NCBI GenBank assembly: GCA_051294375.1
Contig: CM119265.1
Span: forward strand, 26,015,748-26,079,747
DNA: 64,000 bases
Direction: 5' to 3'
Origin: Paraspadella gotoi
Lineage: Eukaryota; Animalia; Chaetognatha
Under the pieces are notes generated by a model. The model was not told the origin of the DNA and did not search any database. It saw nothing but the letters and a program-made list of their open reading frames with translations. A program made the position numbers and the translations under genes. This document shows, piece after piece, positions 41,222-54,149 of this stretch (position 1 is its first letter; the number at the start of each line of letters is the position of its first letter).

Positions 41222-42530
41222 TTTATGCAATAGCGACGAAACCTTATGCTTTTAAGATTTATTTTTTTAACTTGCATCATTTTTTCAACTTGCATAATTT
41301 GATCAACTTGCATTCCGTCAAAACTTGTATATCTAGCTTCTTCACTCACTTTCCTACCGGCTCACAAAAATTTGCATCTCAAATCTCATCATGGGTTAAC
41401 AATAAATAAAAAAAGATTTCAAGTAAATGCTTGACTCATATTTTTTTCATTTAAAAACTCATTGTTCCACTGGTTACGTGTTCCACTTGAAACTATATCA
41501 AGCTTGTTCATAACGTTTTCCTACCCACACACAAAATTTCACTCAATCTTATCCATCCAATTATTGATACATTGGAGGTATTTTATTGGTTGAAATAAGG
41601 AAAAGATTTTTAGTAAATCGACTTATGTTTTTTTCATTTTAACTAATTTCCACTCATACGACTTCCATCGAAATTTTTATATCCAGCTTTATCAGCACAC
41701 TTTCTACCCCCCACACAACAAAATTTAATTCCAATCCAACCAGCAATCACGGAGTTATTGGGAGCTTTCTTGCGCTAAGATGGGCACGGATGGATGGATT
41801 GATTGACTAACTTAATTAATTATTGATTAACTTTATTTACTAAATTGATTAAATAACTGAATTAATTATTTGATTTATTAATACATTCCTGCAGATACAT
41901 TTAATATAAAGGAAAAAGACAGCAGAATCAATTAGTAAACAGGTTTTTGTTTTTTCCATTAAACTCAATTTCCACTCAAACTATGTCCATCGAAACTGAT
42001 TTCCTTGTTCAATCACACACTTTCTCTACCCACATACAAAATTCCAAGCGTCAATCAGTCCCACTCCACTCATGAGCAATTGTGTTGTTCAAATAAGTGA
42101 AATGATATTTTTTTTTTTTTTCTCCATTTAACTCATTTCCACATCGGACGATTCATCGAAACTTTAAGTATCCAGCTGCAATCACACACTTACCTATCCA
42201 CACACAAATTTCATTTAAATCCATCCATCCAATCACGAGTTAATGGTGTTTTTTGCTAAGGTGGGACGGCACGGGACGACGCACGGAACGCCACGGACGG
42301 CGGCACGACGGACGGACGGACAGGACAGGTAGGCTGGAGACGTTATTACCGGAACATCATTTTTTTTCAATAATTTATCATTAATTCGAGTGTTACTGAC
42401 ATGATTTATGAAGATGCTGTGCCGACAATATTGAGGGGGCGTTCGGGACCGACGGACCGAAAAGTTGAGTTTATAAAAAGTGCAGGTTTATAGAGTACGC
42501 GGATCTGCCTGATAGCAGATCCGATAAAAA
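39493..42530 (-). mobile_element. Second copy of the HINE family B element, inside the 8544-bp-offset duplication
   Basis: Same sequence as 30949-33986 shifted by 8544. Confidence 0.7.
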
Positions 42531-43235
42531 TACAAAACAAACTAAAAAAAACAAACAACAAACAAAACCCAAACCAAAACTTCTCCAAGAAACTTCCTTC
42601 TTTCCCGCAGGACGGAAATCATGAGACCGGTCATAGATTATCTAGTTAAGCCTCTGCACACCGAGGTTTAATCGCCCCGCCGTTAACCTTCAACCACCCC
42701 GAGGCCTTAATCATTTCGTGTCGTTTTATTGGAACAGAAAGAAAAAGAACGTTTGCGACTTCGTTAAACATTTTTTGGTATTGCCACTGTTGCCAGTGCT
42801 GCGTCGGTCTTCATCCTCCATAATAGTTGTCTGTTCGTCGTCGTCGGTTATTCGTCGTCCGTTCGTCATCTTTCATAATTGCGAAATGTCGTTGTCGTTT
42901 CGTCGTTCTCGTCGTCGTCCCGTGTCGTCGTCGGTCTTCGTCGTCGTCGTCAGGTCCGGTTCGTCTCTCCCCAAATTCTGCTTTTTTTTCGCTGACGACA
43001 GCAAATTTTGACCGATTCGTCCGTTTGTCAAAGAGAATCCCCTCCCGAGATGGAGAAAGGGAAACCTCGTCGTCGGTCGTTCTTCTGTTGTCGTCGTCAT
43101 CCTAGTCGTCGTCATGTTTTTCGTCGTCGTCATCTATCGTCGTCGTCGTCGTTTGTCGTCGTTCATCCTAGTCGCTCGTCATGTTCGTTTCGTCGTCGTC
43201 GTTTGTCTTCGTCATCCTCAGCTCGTCGTTCCTGT

Positions 43236-43266
<31 letters not shown>

Positions 43267-44744
43267 CCCTTCTCGTGCCTTTATCCTGGCATTTCTGTGA
43301 TTGTCATTCGTCATAATTCCAGTCGAGGGATAAAATTGGGTGATTGCACAGAAAAATTCGCAAATGGGGCGGTTGGCCTTCAGTTGTTATGGGGTCTTGA
43401 TTTGAGCTTTATTGCAATAAAAAGAGTTCACGTAATACTTTGGCTCAAAGTTATTAGTGATCACGTCAACTGGCTTTGATAACCGAATAGAGTTAAAATG
43501 TTTAAATCAGAGTTTAAAAGGTAATGAGGCTATGAGAAAAACTAATTTTTTTAGTAGAGAAGATTGGACTTTTATGGAAAAAAACTTTACTAGTTTACAA
43601 CTTTAGTTATATTGTTAGTTTATCTATTGCTTCTTTGTATTCTTTTATTCATCTATCTATTCTATCTATCATATCTTATCTATCTATCTATCTATTCTAT
43701 CTATCGATCTACTATCATCTATCTATCTTTCTATCTAGTCTATCTATCTGTTCTGTCTATTATCTATTCATTTGTTCTTATTCAATATTTCTCTTTTTTT
43801 TCAGATAAAAGTAGGGATTCTTGTTTTCCACAGATGGCCGGATTTTTCCCCCTTAGATCGAAGCTTTTGATTCGACAGAAAAAATTTCGCGGGAATGAGT
43901 GGAAAAAGCCGCGAGTCAGGCAAAACAGAGAGAGAGGAGAGAGAGAGAAAGAGACGAGAGAGAGAGAAGAAGAGAGGACGACGAGCGAGAAGAGAAGAGA
44001 GAGAGACGAAGAGAGAGAGACGAGAGAGATGAGAGGAGAGAGATGAGATGAGAAGAGAGAGAACGATGAGCGAGCGAGGGATGAGGAGAGAGANNNNNNN
44101 NNNNNNNNNNNNNNNNNNGAGAGAGAGAGAGAGAGAGAGAGATCTCGGCTCAATCTTCAAGTAATTCCACCAACACGCCTCAATTTACCACTTTGAAAAC
44201 CACCTCTTTGAAAACCACCTCTTTGAAAACCACCTCTTTGCTCCCGCCCTCTTTATCCTTCCCGCATATATTCCATTTGGCTGCCTCACCGCCTCACTGC
44301 CTCACTCCATCATTGAGGTGAGTAAAAGAATGGCGGGCCCCTCCGAAATTTTGAGATGGCCCCTAAAGGACAAAATATTCCTAATTTTGACATAGAGTAT
44401 AATGAATAAAGCTTTCATGATTCTCTTTATTCTGCTTCTTCATGGAGTAACAATTTTATATTATTAAATTATTAATTAACATTAAATTGATATAATAATA
44501 GATTAAGTTAATTTAAAAAAAATTAAATCTATTCTTAATTTTTGTAATTTTTTTTATCTTAATCCTTATAGTGAAGCCGTGGATAAACATATTTGTTTAT
44601 TTATTTTAATATGATTTATATATCTTAAAAACTCTTCTCTGAGCCCCCCCTATGAGCCCGTACTTTACAAGCCCCTGCTCCCACCTCACCCCCGAACCTC
44701 ACCCTCCCTCCATTCACAACAACAACAACAACAACAAAACTCAC

Positions 44745-45156
44745 TGGAGGATGTTTCTGTTGTGAAGGCGATCATTTCTCTGCAGACGCCGACGACGGAG
44801 GCCGAGGTGGCGCTGGCTGCAGCCTGGGCCGCCGCCGCAGCCGCCGCCGCGTTCGCCGCTCCGTTCTCCGCCGCCGCCGCCGCCGCGTTCGCCGCAGCCG
44901 ACGAGGCTTTGTCGTCGTTGTTGTCGTGGCACTCGGGAGAATCCAGCGGGGACGAAGACGACGAAGAAGAAGTCGAACAAGGAGACGGAGAATTGTTGTT
45001 GTTGTTGTTGTTGTTCTGATTGTTGCGGTTTTGGTCGTTTATGTTTCGGGCGACGTCGCTGCGGTTTTGTGTCGTCGTCGTCGTTGTTGTCGTCGTCGTG
45101 GAAGAATGTTGTTGTTGTCGTTGTTGTTGGCCCCGGTTGGTGATCAGGTTTAGAAT
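44745..45156 (-). CDS. Probable exon encoding a polyT/N/S/A low-complexity segment (ILNLITNRGQQQ...AAAAAQAAASATSASVVGVCREMIAFTTETSS)
   Basis: cttcccag| acceptor after a (CT)n tract, A|gtgagt donor, GC-rich; phase 0 is compatible with the 52010 exon. Confidence 0.55.
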
Positions 45157-45204
45157 CTGGGAAGGGATGGAGAGACGCGAGGAGAGAGGAATGAGAGAGG
45201 AGAG

Positions 45205-45248
<44 letters not shown>

Positions 45249-45588
45249 GAGAGAGAGAGAGAAATTAGTATTCTAAAAAAGGAAAAGCGAAAACGTCTCC
45301 AAAAATCTCAGTTGTTTCAAAATTTTTTCTCCCAAATTATCTTTTCTGTTTCGTTTTTTTTTGTCCCTCGAATTCTTGTTTCGCTTCGACGCGAAAAAAA
45401 CAAAAACACAAAAAACAAAGAAAAAAAAAACGAAACGGGAATTTCAAGATGTTGCGCTTGAGAAACTTTCTTTTCATGTGATCGCTCCCCAACATCATCA
45501 TTGGGACAATAGGACATCCTATTTTCATGTATTAACCAAAACGATTCAGTATTTCACGAGCTATTCGCATAGAAATCAAAGAGGGGGG

Positions 45589-45670
45589 CAGACAGACAGA
45601 CGGAGAGACAGACTAATCGACCAGACCGACCAAGAAGTGACTTATATAGATATACACCGCGAGAATCCGC
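45589..45670 (-). mobile_element. HINE family A, degraded 5' fragment
   Basis: cagacagacagacgg..gaccgaccaagaagtgacttata..ccgcgagaatccgcg. Confidence 0.5.
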
Positions 45671-45829
45671 GTCCCTTTCCTCCTTTTATGACTCCGAGTT
45701 TCTTGTCTCTTGCCACCAATGCTTGTCTCTTGTCCCTGGTCCCTTGTAGCAGGTCCCTCGCCTCCTTTTCTAAGCCCCGAAGTTCATATTTAATCTTTGT
45801 AATTTCATCTCTTCCCCTCTTTGTATTCC

Positions 45830-46630
45830 TCTTTACTATTCCCTTGTTTTTCATTCCCCTCTTTTCCATTCCCCTATTTTACATTCCCCTCTTTTCCATT
45901 CTCCTCTTTTCTATTCGTTTCTTTTCCATTCCCCTCTTTTCCATTCCCCTCTTTTCTAGATAAGAGAGAGATGGGGAATTGAAAAGAGATCGGAAAAGAG
46001 GGAATGGAAAAGGAGGGAAATTGAAAAGAGGGGAATGGAAAAGAGGGGAATATTAAAAAGAGGAATGAAAAGAGGGAATGGAAAAGAGGAAATGGAAGGA
46101 AACGATGGAAAAGAGTGGGAATAGAAAAAGAGGGGAATGGNNNNNNNNNNNNNNNNNNNNNNNNNCAAGAGGGGCAAGGGAAAAGAGCAGGCGAATAGGA
46201 AAATATGGAAATAGAAAAGAGGAGGAATGAAAGACTGGAATGGGAAAAGAGACTGTGAATATAAAAAGTGGGCGGAATGGAAAATAGGGAATGCGAAAAA
46301 AAACGATATGGAAACAAAAGCGGGAATGTTAAAAGCAGCGGGAATTGGAAAGAGAGAATTCGGAAAAGAGGGAATGGAAAAGGAGGATAAAGGAGAATTG
46401 GAAAATAGGGGAATGGAAAAGAGAATTAAAAAGAGGATGAAGAATTGGAAAAAGAGGGAAATGGAAAAATCGATATAGATGGAAGTAGAAAAAGAGGGGA
46501 ATGGAAAGAGAATGGAAAGAGAATTGGAAAAAGGGAAAGAGGATGGAAGAACAAGAAAGTGAAAGGGAATGGAAAAGAGGGGAATTGTAAAATAGGGGAA
46601 TGGAAAAGAGGGAAGTGAAACAAGGGAATA
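45830..46630. repeat. ~15-bp ttccattcccctctt minisatellite that inverts at ~45960
   Basis: Pyrimidine strand to 45957, then purine strand ggaatggaaaagagg. Confidence 0.8.
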
Positions 46631-47764
46631 GTAAAGAGGAATACAAAGAGGGGAAGAGATGAACTAAACAAGATATTAAATATGGGGGAACTTTCCGGGC
46701 TTAGAAAAGTGCGAGGCGATGGGACCTGATCTCCTCTTCTTCCTCTTTTCCATTCCCCTCTTTTCCTCTTTTCTAAAATTCCCTTTCTCCCCAACGCTTC
46801 CTTCTTCCTTCGTCTCAGACAAGAAGGAAAAATTGAAAATTGAATTTGTCTCATTTTGAAAAAAAATATTTTTTTTTCCAGTTTAGGAAACGAGCGGAGG
46901 TTATGGAAAAAGATTTTCCTTTTTCGTTTAAAATGACATCACCATTTCCTGTTATTTTCCATTTTATTCTGGGAAAAGGAGAGAAGAGAGGGGAGGGAGA
47001 GAGAGTGAGTGAGAGACGGAGAGGAAAAAGAGAGAGAGAGACACACACAGTGTGTGACCGTGAGAAAAACAAACACTGTGGAGAAGTGTTTGGGAAACGT
47101 CTCTCTCTCTCTCTCTCTCTCTCTCACGCTCTCCGTGAAAATGGGAATTTTCTTTTTTTTTCACTTGTCACGAATGTAGTTTTTTTTCACGCGGTCGTCG
47201 TGAAGCAATTTCTTGCAAAGGCAACCAACGAGGAGAAAATTGCAACGTCAGTAGCGATTGCCTCCTTGCTGTTTAAAGGAGACAAACGATGACAATTTTA
47301 ATTTGACTCTGGTAAATAAGGTAAGCAAGTAAGAGGTCACTTTTGTTTGCTTGGTCGTTGGCCTGTTTGCTTGGTCAGTTGGTCAGTTTTCGTTACTCCC
47401 ATTTCAATGTTTGATCATATCTGGTTTCGCCGATTCCTCGTTCGACTTTGACGGACCGAATTTTCTCTGGCTTTTATGTAATACAGGTAAAAAAGTAAAA
47501 AAGTAAAAAAGTTCTTATTTCAACATACATTATTTTCTTTTATATATATCTAACGAGAATTGTAACATAATTAGCGACTAACCCGCATTTCGAGCACTAC
47601 TGTTGTTTGTGATCTATCGATTTTCATGTTTTTTTGATTTAAAGTTTTAAAAGTTGACTAATTCATTTGTTTTTGTCATCTTAATGTCGTTGAACGCATC
47701 AATCTTGTAAATATACGTCACGTTATTAATGTCGCTTCAGTAAGTTAAATCTGTCAGTGAAGTA

Positions 47765-48062
47765 GGTCAAGTCAGCCAAGTCAGTCAATTCAGATTAGCC
47801 TCTTAAGTCATTTAACTATGCGAAGACTCTCAAGACATTCAAGTCAATTAGGTCTGTCAAGTTGAATAAGTCAGTCAAGTCAATCAAGTCATCTAAGTCA
47901 ATTAAGTCATTCAAGTCAAGTCATCCCAGTCAATTCGGTCTGTCCAGTCAAATAAGTCAGTCAATTAAGTCATAAAAGTCAGTCAAGTCATCCAAGTCAT
48001 CCAAGTCATTTAAGTCATTCAAGTAAAACAAGTTAGTCAAGTTAGAGAAGTTAGTCAAGTTG
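47765..48062. repeat. Degenerate (AAGTC/AGTCA)n repeat
   Basis: caagtcagtcaagtcatccaagtcat... Confidence 0.8.
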
Positions 48063-48591
48063 GAACATGTTACTTCTCAACCGCGTGAGGTCGCCTCGTC
48101 TCAGATAAACAAACATAAAAAAAACCCCAACTTTTTCTCGAAGGCAACTTTGGCTTCTTCTTTGGCCTTTTGGGTTTTTTTTGGCGAAAGAAAAACAAAA
48201 GCGCAACGAGTTTTGACGATCGAAGTTCAGATGTCGCTTTCGGTTCGCGATATAGACAATGATTAGCCGGAACTTGCTCAATGCTCTGGTCAATAGTACT
48301 GAGAAGTAAAGAATGGATAACTGAATTACAAAAAAAATTGACTCAAGATGGCGTCGAAATTGTTGTCCCAAGTACAACCTTATTTATTTGCAATTTGGCA
48401 TCGTCTGTTATGGGACGAGCTGAAGGTTTTCTTCGCCGTCCTTGCTGATTTCGTTTTCAAACCGTTATTGTCGTCATCGTTGTCGTCGTCGTTATCGTCG
48501 TTGTCGTTATCGTCGTCGTTATCGTCGTCGTCATCTTCCCTCAGCCCCTCCCGTTTTATATTATCCTAGAAGATATGACTCTTAAACCGTA

Positions 48592-48755
48592 AACAAGAAC
48601 CGGTAAGTTCACAAGGGGGTTGCGCCGCTGTTTTTAGTCGGTCACTTACCTTTCTCCCAAATGTGGTTAATTGACAGAGAGAAGGACCGACCGACCGACC
48701 GACAGAAAAAGGACTTATAAAAGTTTCTTCGCGAGTACTCGCGGCGCAACTACAA
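48592..48755 (-). mobile_element. HINE family A, short copy with both ends
   Basis: aacaagaaccggtaa..gttgcgccg ... gaccgaccgacc..gcgagtactcgcggcgcaacta. Confidence 0.75.
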
Positions 48756-50906
48756 AGCGAGTCGCTATTCTGACGGCGTTTCAGTTCCGAGTCATAACCT
48801 CACCTAAAANNNNNNNNNNNNNNNNNNNNNNNNNNNNNNNNNNNNNNNNNNNNNNNNNNNNNNNNNNNNNNNNNNNNNNNNNNNNNNNNNNNNNNNNNNN
48901 NNNNNNNNNNNNNNNNNNNNNNNNNNNNNNNNNNNNNNNNNNNNNNNNNNNNNNNNNNNNNNNNNNNNNNNNNNNNNNNNNNNNNNNNNNNNNNNNNNNN
49001 NNNNNNNNNNNNNNNNNNNNNNNNNNNNNNNNNNNNNNNNNNNNNNNNNNNNNNNNNNNNNNNNNNNNNNNNNNNNNNNNNNNNNNNNNNNNNNNNNNNN
49101 NNNNNNNNNNNNNNNNNNNNNNNNNNGAAGTATTTGTTTCAAAATAGCTAATGTCCAAAAAACTTAAAACTCTCACACTAAAACTAAAACATTTTCATTC
49201 ATGTTCACGATTTTGTGAACTTCTCATCTCATTTAATATCTCGCGTGATGTGATTCGAGTTTCATTACTTTTCCGCAACATTAAAACTCTCTCTCTCTCT
49301 CTCTCTCTCNNNNNNNNNNNNNNNNNNNNNNNNNNNNNNNNNNNNNNNNNNNNNNNNNNNNNNNNNNNNNNNNNNNNNNNNNNNNNNNNNNNNNNNNNNN
49401 NNNNNNNNNNNNNNNNNNNNNNNNNNNNNNNNNNNNNNNNNNNNNNNNNNNNNNNNNNNNNNNCTCTCTCTCTCTCTCTCCACTTTTCTATTTTCCACAC
49501 TTCTTCGTTTTGTCAGATGGAATTGCCTTTTCTCAGTTTTGAGAGAAATGGAACGAAAATCATAGTTCTAAGTTCTAAAACTTTATTCTTATAACCGTCT
49601 TCATATTTTAAATTCTCTTTAATTTTCTATTTATTTACTTCCTTATTCCTTCACTTTTTTCTGCTTTATTCTTTTTCCAACTTTTTTCTTCTGTTTTATT
49701 TTTCCTGTTTTCTGGTTTTTTTTTCGATGTTTTTTGTTTTTCGTGTTTCCGTCGAATTTCTCTCACTCCACCGATTCACTTTTGTTTCTTTTCCTTTTTT
49801 TTTCTTTTCTTTTCTTTTCTTTTCTCTCCTTTTCTTCTTTTTTCTTTTCTTTCTCTTCTTTTCTTTTCTTTTCTTGTTTTATTTCGTTTCTTTTCTTTTC
49901 TTTTCTGGTTTTAATTCTTTTCTTTTTTTTGTTTCTTCACTATTTTTCAACCCCCTCACATTTATTATCACACTTCCCGCATTTATTTATTTCGTCAAAG
50001 TTCCACTCTCAAACCTTCTTCTCTCTCTTAAAAAAACATTCGATTCATGAGCCTCGTTTTCTTTCTTAGTTTTACTTTCTTTGTTTTTATTGTCGTTTCG
50101 CATCGCTTACTTCATTGCGCCCATTACTGTAACGTCTTAAATTTTAACACTTTGTTTTATTCTTGCTTAAAAAACGGTTCCTGAGCTGAAATGCACTTAC
50201 GCCCTTGCTCTAACCCCTACGCCCTTAGATATTCCTTCTCGCCTTTGCTCTTAGACGGGTAATTTTATTATCCTCCGCTTTAATCTATACATTATTTTAT
50301 GTATATATACAAAAAAGCATATATGCTTTCATATTTATAAACTTTTCATGACGAATCAATATAATTTTAAAGTTTTTAAATTTTATATGGGAACTACTTT
50401 GTGCAAATTCCATAATTGATCATAAACATTTTTTTATACAATTTTGAATTTTTACGGATTATTATATACTCTTTAAACTAAAGTGCATTAATAATCCCAT
50501 TTTTAATTTGTTTCCTATTAACCTCTTTCCCTTCTCTTATCTCCTCTTCTCTCTCTTCTTTTTTCTCTCCTCTCTTTTCTTCTCTCTTCTCTCCTCTCTT
50601 CTCTCTTCTTCTTTCCACTTCCATCAGCCTTGCTTCCTAATTATCCTTCTCTCATTTTTTCATGTCTNNNNNNNNNNNNNNNNNNNNNNNNNNNNNNNNN
50701 NNNNNNNNNNNNNNNNNNNNNNNNNNNNNNNNNNNNNNNNNNNNNNNNNNNNNNNNNNNNNNNNNNNNNNNNNNNNNNNNNNNNNNNNNNNNNNNNNNNN
50801 NNNNNNNNNNNNNNNNNNNNNNNNNNNNNNNNNNNNNNNNNNNNNNNNNNNNNNNNNNNNNNNNNNNNNNNNNNNNNNNNNNNNNNNNNNNNNNNNNNNN
50901 NNNNNN

Positions 50907-50943
<37 letters not shown>

Positions 50944-51645
50944 TAAGGAAATTCGAAATGAGCTACGAAATTGAGGAAATTAAAAAAAAAGTCTTAAATT
51001 TGAAATTGAAACTGAAAGGCAGAGGAAAAGATTCAGGATGAAGTAAATGGTTTCATGAATCCGGTTTTATTTCATTTTTTATTTTGAGAGATTATGACCA
51101 TTTTATCTCAGTTTTCAGAATTAAGAGTAATTAAGACGCAAAGAAAAATAAAAATAAATTTCATTTGCACGAAAAAAAATGTTAATGCTTAAACTTAAAA
51201 GCTTACTTATAAATCTAAACTAAAAGGTACACCTTTTGGAAGATATGACTAATAATAAACCAAAATCTTTGGCAAAGAAAAAGTCCTAATTTTTGTCACG
51301 CGTCTTTTGTTTTTCAAACTATCTTCTGTTTTTAATGAGGGCTCCCCTCCATTTAAAGTCCTCCGCCCTCTGGCGTCGCTTATCCGAATTCCTCACTACC
51401 ATTTTTTTTCTGTTGATGTTTTCGATGAATCGAGGAAGATTTGGAAAAATGGGAACCAAGCATGTTTGCTTGGTGAAATAACAATCAGTGGGAGAGAGGG
51501 GAGGGAGAGAGGGAGAGAGGGAGTGAGCGGAAAAGAGAGAGAGTCAGAGTCAGACAGAGAGTGAAAAAAATAACGGTTAACAAAACTAGAGATGGAGAAA
51601 TAAAGAAGTGGCCGAACTAAAACTACTTATAATAATTATTTAATA

Positions 51646-51646
<1 letters not shown>

Positions 51647-51738
<92 letters not shown>
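51647..51738. repeat. (TTA)n microsatellite
   Basis: About 30 near-perfect units. Confidence 0.95.
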
Positions 51739-51898
51739 GATTTTAATTACTTTACTTAAAAATACAAAAGAACAACGGTAGTCAGAGACAGACGGACAAA
51801 AAGAGGGACAGACAGAAAGACAGACGTCGAGATAATGAGAATTTCTCTCATTTTGAAAAATTGCATTTTTTTATTACGAAGACATTCAACCGCTTTAG

Positions 51899-51936
<38 letters not shown>

Positions 51937-52009
51937 AAAAACGACGAAAACGATGACGACGACAACAACGACGACGACGACCGTAAATCCTTTCAAAGAC
52001 CATTTTTAC

Positions 52010-52376
52010 CTGCGGCTTCTTGCGAAGCGTCGCCATTGGCTGAACCGTATTTCCGTTGTCGTTCAACTGTTGGTTTTGCTGTTGGAGGCAGATGGCGTTG
52101 TTGCCGCAATAAGCGTGATTGTCCATCATCATCATCATCATCGCCTGAGTCGATGTCAGGCCTTTGTATTTGGAAGGAGTTTTAATCGAGGCGCATGACT
52201 TTTGTCGCTGCTGGAGCTGTTGTTGTTGCTGTTGCTGTTGTTGTTGCGAATGATGATGATGGAGGAGCTGAGATTTTTGTCGCTGTTGTTGTTGTTGTTT
52301 CCGCGACGGTAGTTCTTGTTGTTGTTGTTGTTGTTTGGGGTGAAGTTGGTCTTTCGATTCGTTCGAAGTTTGGGAC
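52010..52376 (-). CDS. Probable exon encoding a polyQ/polyH/polyM low-complexity segment (SQTSNESKDQLHPKQQQ...MATLRKKPQ)
   Basis: tttttcccag| acceptor, CAG|gtaaaa donor, 367-nt open frame. Confidence 0.55.
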
Positions 52377-52505
52377 CTGGGAAAAAATGTGGGTGGCGGT
52401 GGGGAAGGGGAGGGAGATAGGGTGAGGAAAACAAAATGGCGGCCAACTGGAAAATAAAAGAGGGAGTTTTGTTGTTTTCTCCCGGATGTGGACGGGAAAT
52501 GTGAA

Positions 52506-52568
<63 letters not shown>

Positions 52569-53025
52569 GCAGCAGTCATGACATTTTGCGTGATCCCTTA
52601 ACCTTCCCTTTTCTCTTGATTTTTTTTATCGTGAATTTTTTCTTTCTTACTAAAATCGAATGAATTTCTTTGGTCACGGATTTGTGTCACAAATCACTAT
52701 CATTATCACAAGTGATTTTTTGTTACTGAATTCTTAGCCCTGTAATGTCTCATTATGAGAGTGAGAGAGAAAGAAAGAGATGGAGAGAGAATAAAAGATT
52801 TAAATTGGGTGTGTGAGAGAGAGAGAGAAATATANNNNNNNNNNNNNNNNNNNNNNNNNNNNNNNNNNNNNNNNNNNNNNNNNNNNNNNNNNNNNNNNNN
52901 NNNNNNNNNNNNNNNNNNNNNNNNNNNNNNNNNNNNNNNNNNNNNNNNNNNNNNNNNNNNNNNNNNNNNNNNNNNNNNNNNNNNNNNNNNNNNNNNNNNN
53001 NNNNNNNNNNNNNNNNNNNNNNNNN

Positions 53026-53060
<35 letters not shown>

Positions 53061-53977
53061 CCCATGCATTAGCCTTTACTGCTTGGGCGTTAACATCCGG
53101 GATAAGAGAAAACGTGACTTGGATAAAATTACTGAAAGTCGAGGAAAACGAAGAAGAAGATTTTGATTGTACCGACGTCTAATACAGGGAGGTTAGGTTA
53201 AAACGGGAGTTAAAATGAAAGGGATCAAGTACAGGGAGGCTCGGTTAAAACGGGATAAGAAAGTGATCGAATCTCTGGGTCGAGTACGATTTGGTACGAG
53301 GGTCGACCAAGACTATCTGCAGACTACAGTACGGTTTATTTATAACGAAGTCAAGTACAGTAAAGTACAGTCAAGTACAATGACGAAGAACTCGAAAAAG
53401 ACGACGAAGACTTAGATTGAGTCGAAGATGACGACGACGATGACGACGATAACTCGGACGACGACATGGATGACGACAACGACGAAAACANNNNNNNNNN
53501 NNNNNNNNNNNNNNNNNNNNNNNNNNNNNNNNNNNNNNNNNNNNNNNNNNNNNNNNNNNNNNNNNNNNNNNNNNNNNNNNNNNNNNNNNNNNNNNNNNNN
53601 NNNNNNNNNNNNNNNNNNNNNNNNNNNNNNNNNNNNNNNNNNNNNNNNNNNNNNNNNNNNNNNNNNNNNNNNNNNNNNNNNNNNGACGCCAACGACGACG
53701 ACGACGACGACGATGATAAATCGTCTCCGTCTGGAGAATATTTGACTTTTGATTGATTCACGCTTTCGAGGTCACGACTCACGACGTCGAAGAGGGAGAT
53801 GATCACGTGATACGTTCGCGTGAGAGGAGAATCATCACGTGAAAGTAGATTGATCACGTGATGAATCGATGATCGCGTGATTCACGCGTCATCAACCGAT
53901 GATCACATCGGAACTTTACATTGAGGATTCTCTCTGGTCATCGTTGCCGCGTTCAGCGCTCGACAGGTTGGACTCGA

Positions 53978-54149
53978 CATCGTCTGTTGCATCGCCATAC
54001 GCCGTATCTGCCAATGCCATATGTTGATGCCACCTACATCGTCTGTTGCATCGCCATACGCCGCATATGCCATTGCCATATATTGATGCCACCAACATCG
54101 TCTGTTGTATTACCATATGCCGAATCTGCCAATGCCATATGTTGATGCA
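53978..54149. repeat. 59-bp tandem repeat, 3 copies
   Basis: catcgtctgttgcatcgccatacgccgtatctgccaatgccatatgttgatgccaccta unit. Confidence 0.88.

Larger units (their letters stand above)
26880..43794. repeat. Apparently identical tandem duplication 26880-35250 = 35424-43794 (offset 8544); its first ~4 kb is a noisy copy of 23798-26720
   Basis: Every ORF in the track recurs identically at +8544; read-error-like indels are shared; a 25-N gap sits at the end of copy 1. Confidence 0.95.

Noticed and set aside
44745-44790. DEG/ENaC pre-M1 motif (REMIAFTTETSS resembles FxxxTxxHG)
   Set aside because: The codon where His is expected starts with A at the donor, and no HG-containing or channel exons were found downstream.
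53978-54149. CRISPR-like array
   Set aside because: Head-to-tail 59-bp units without unique spacers, no cas genes, eukaryotic context.
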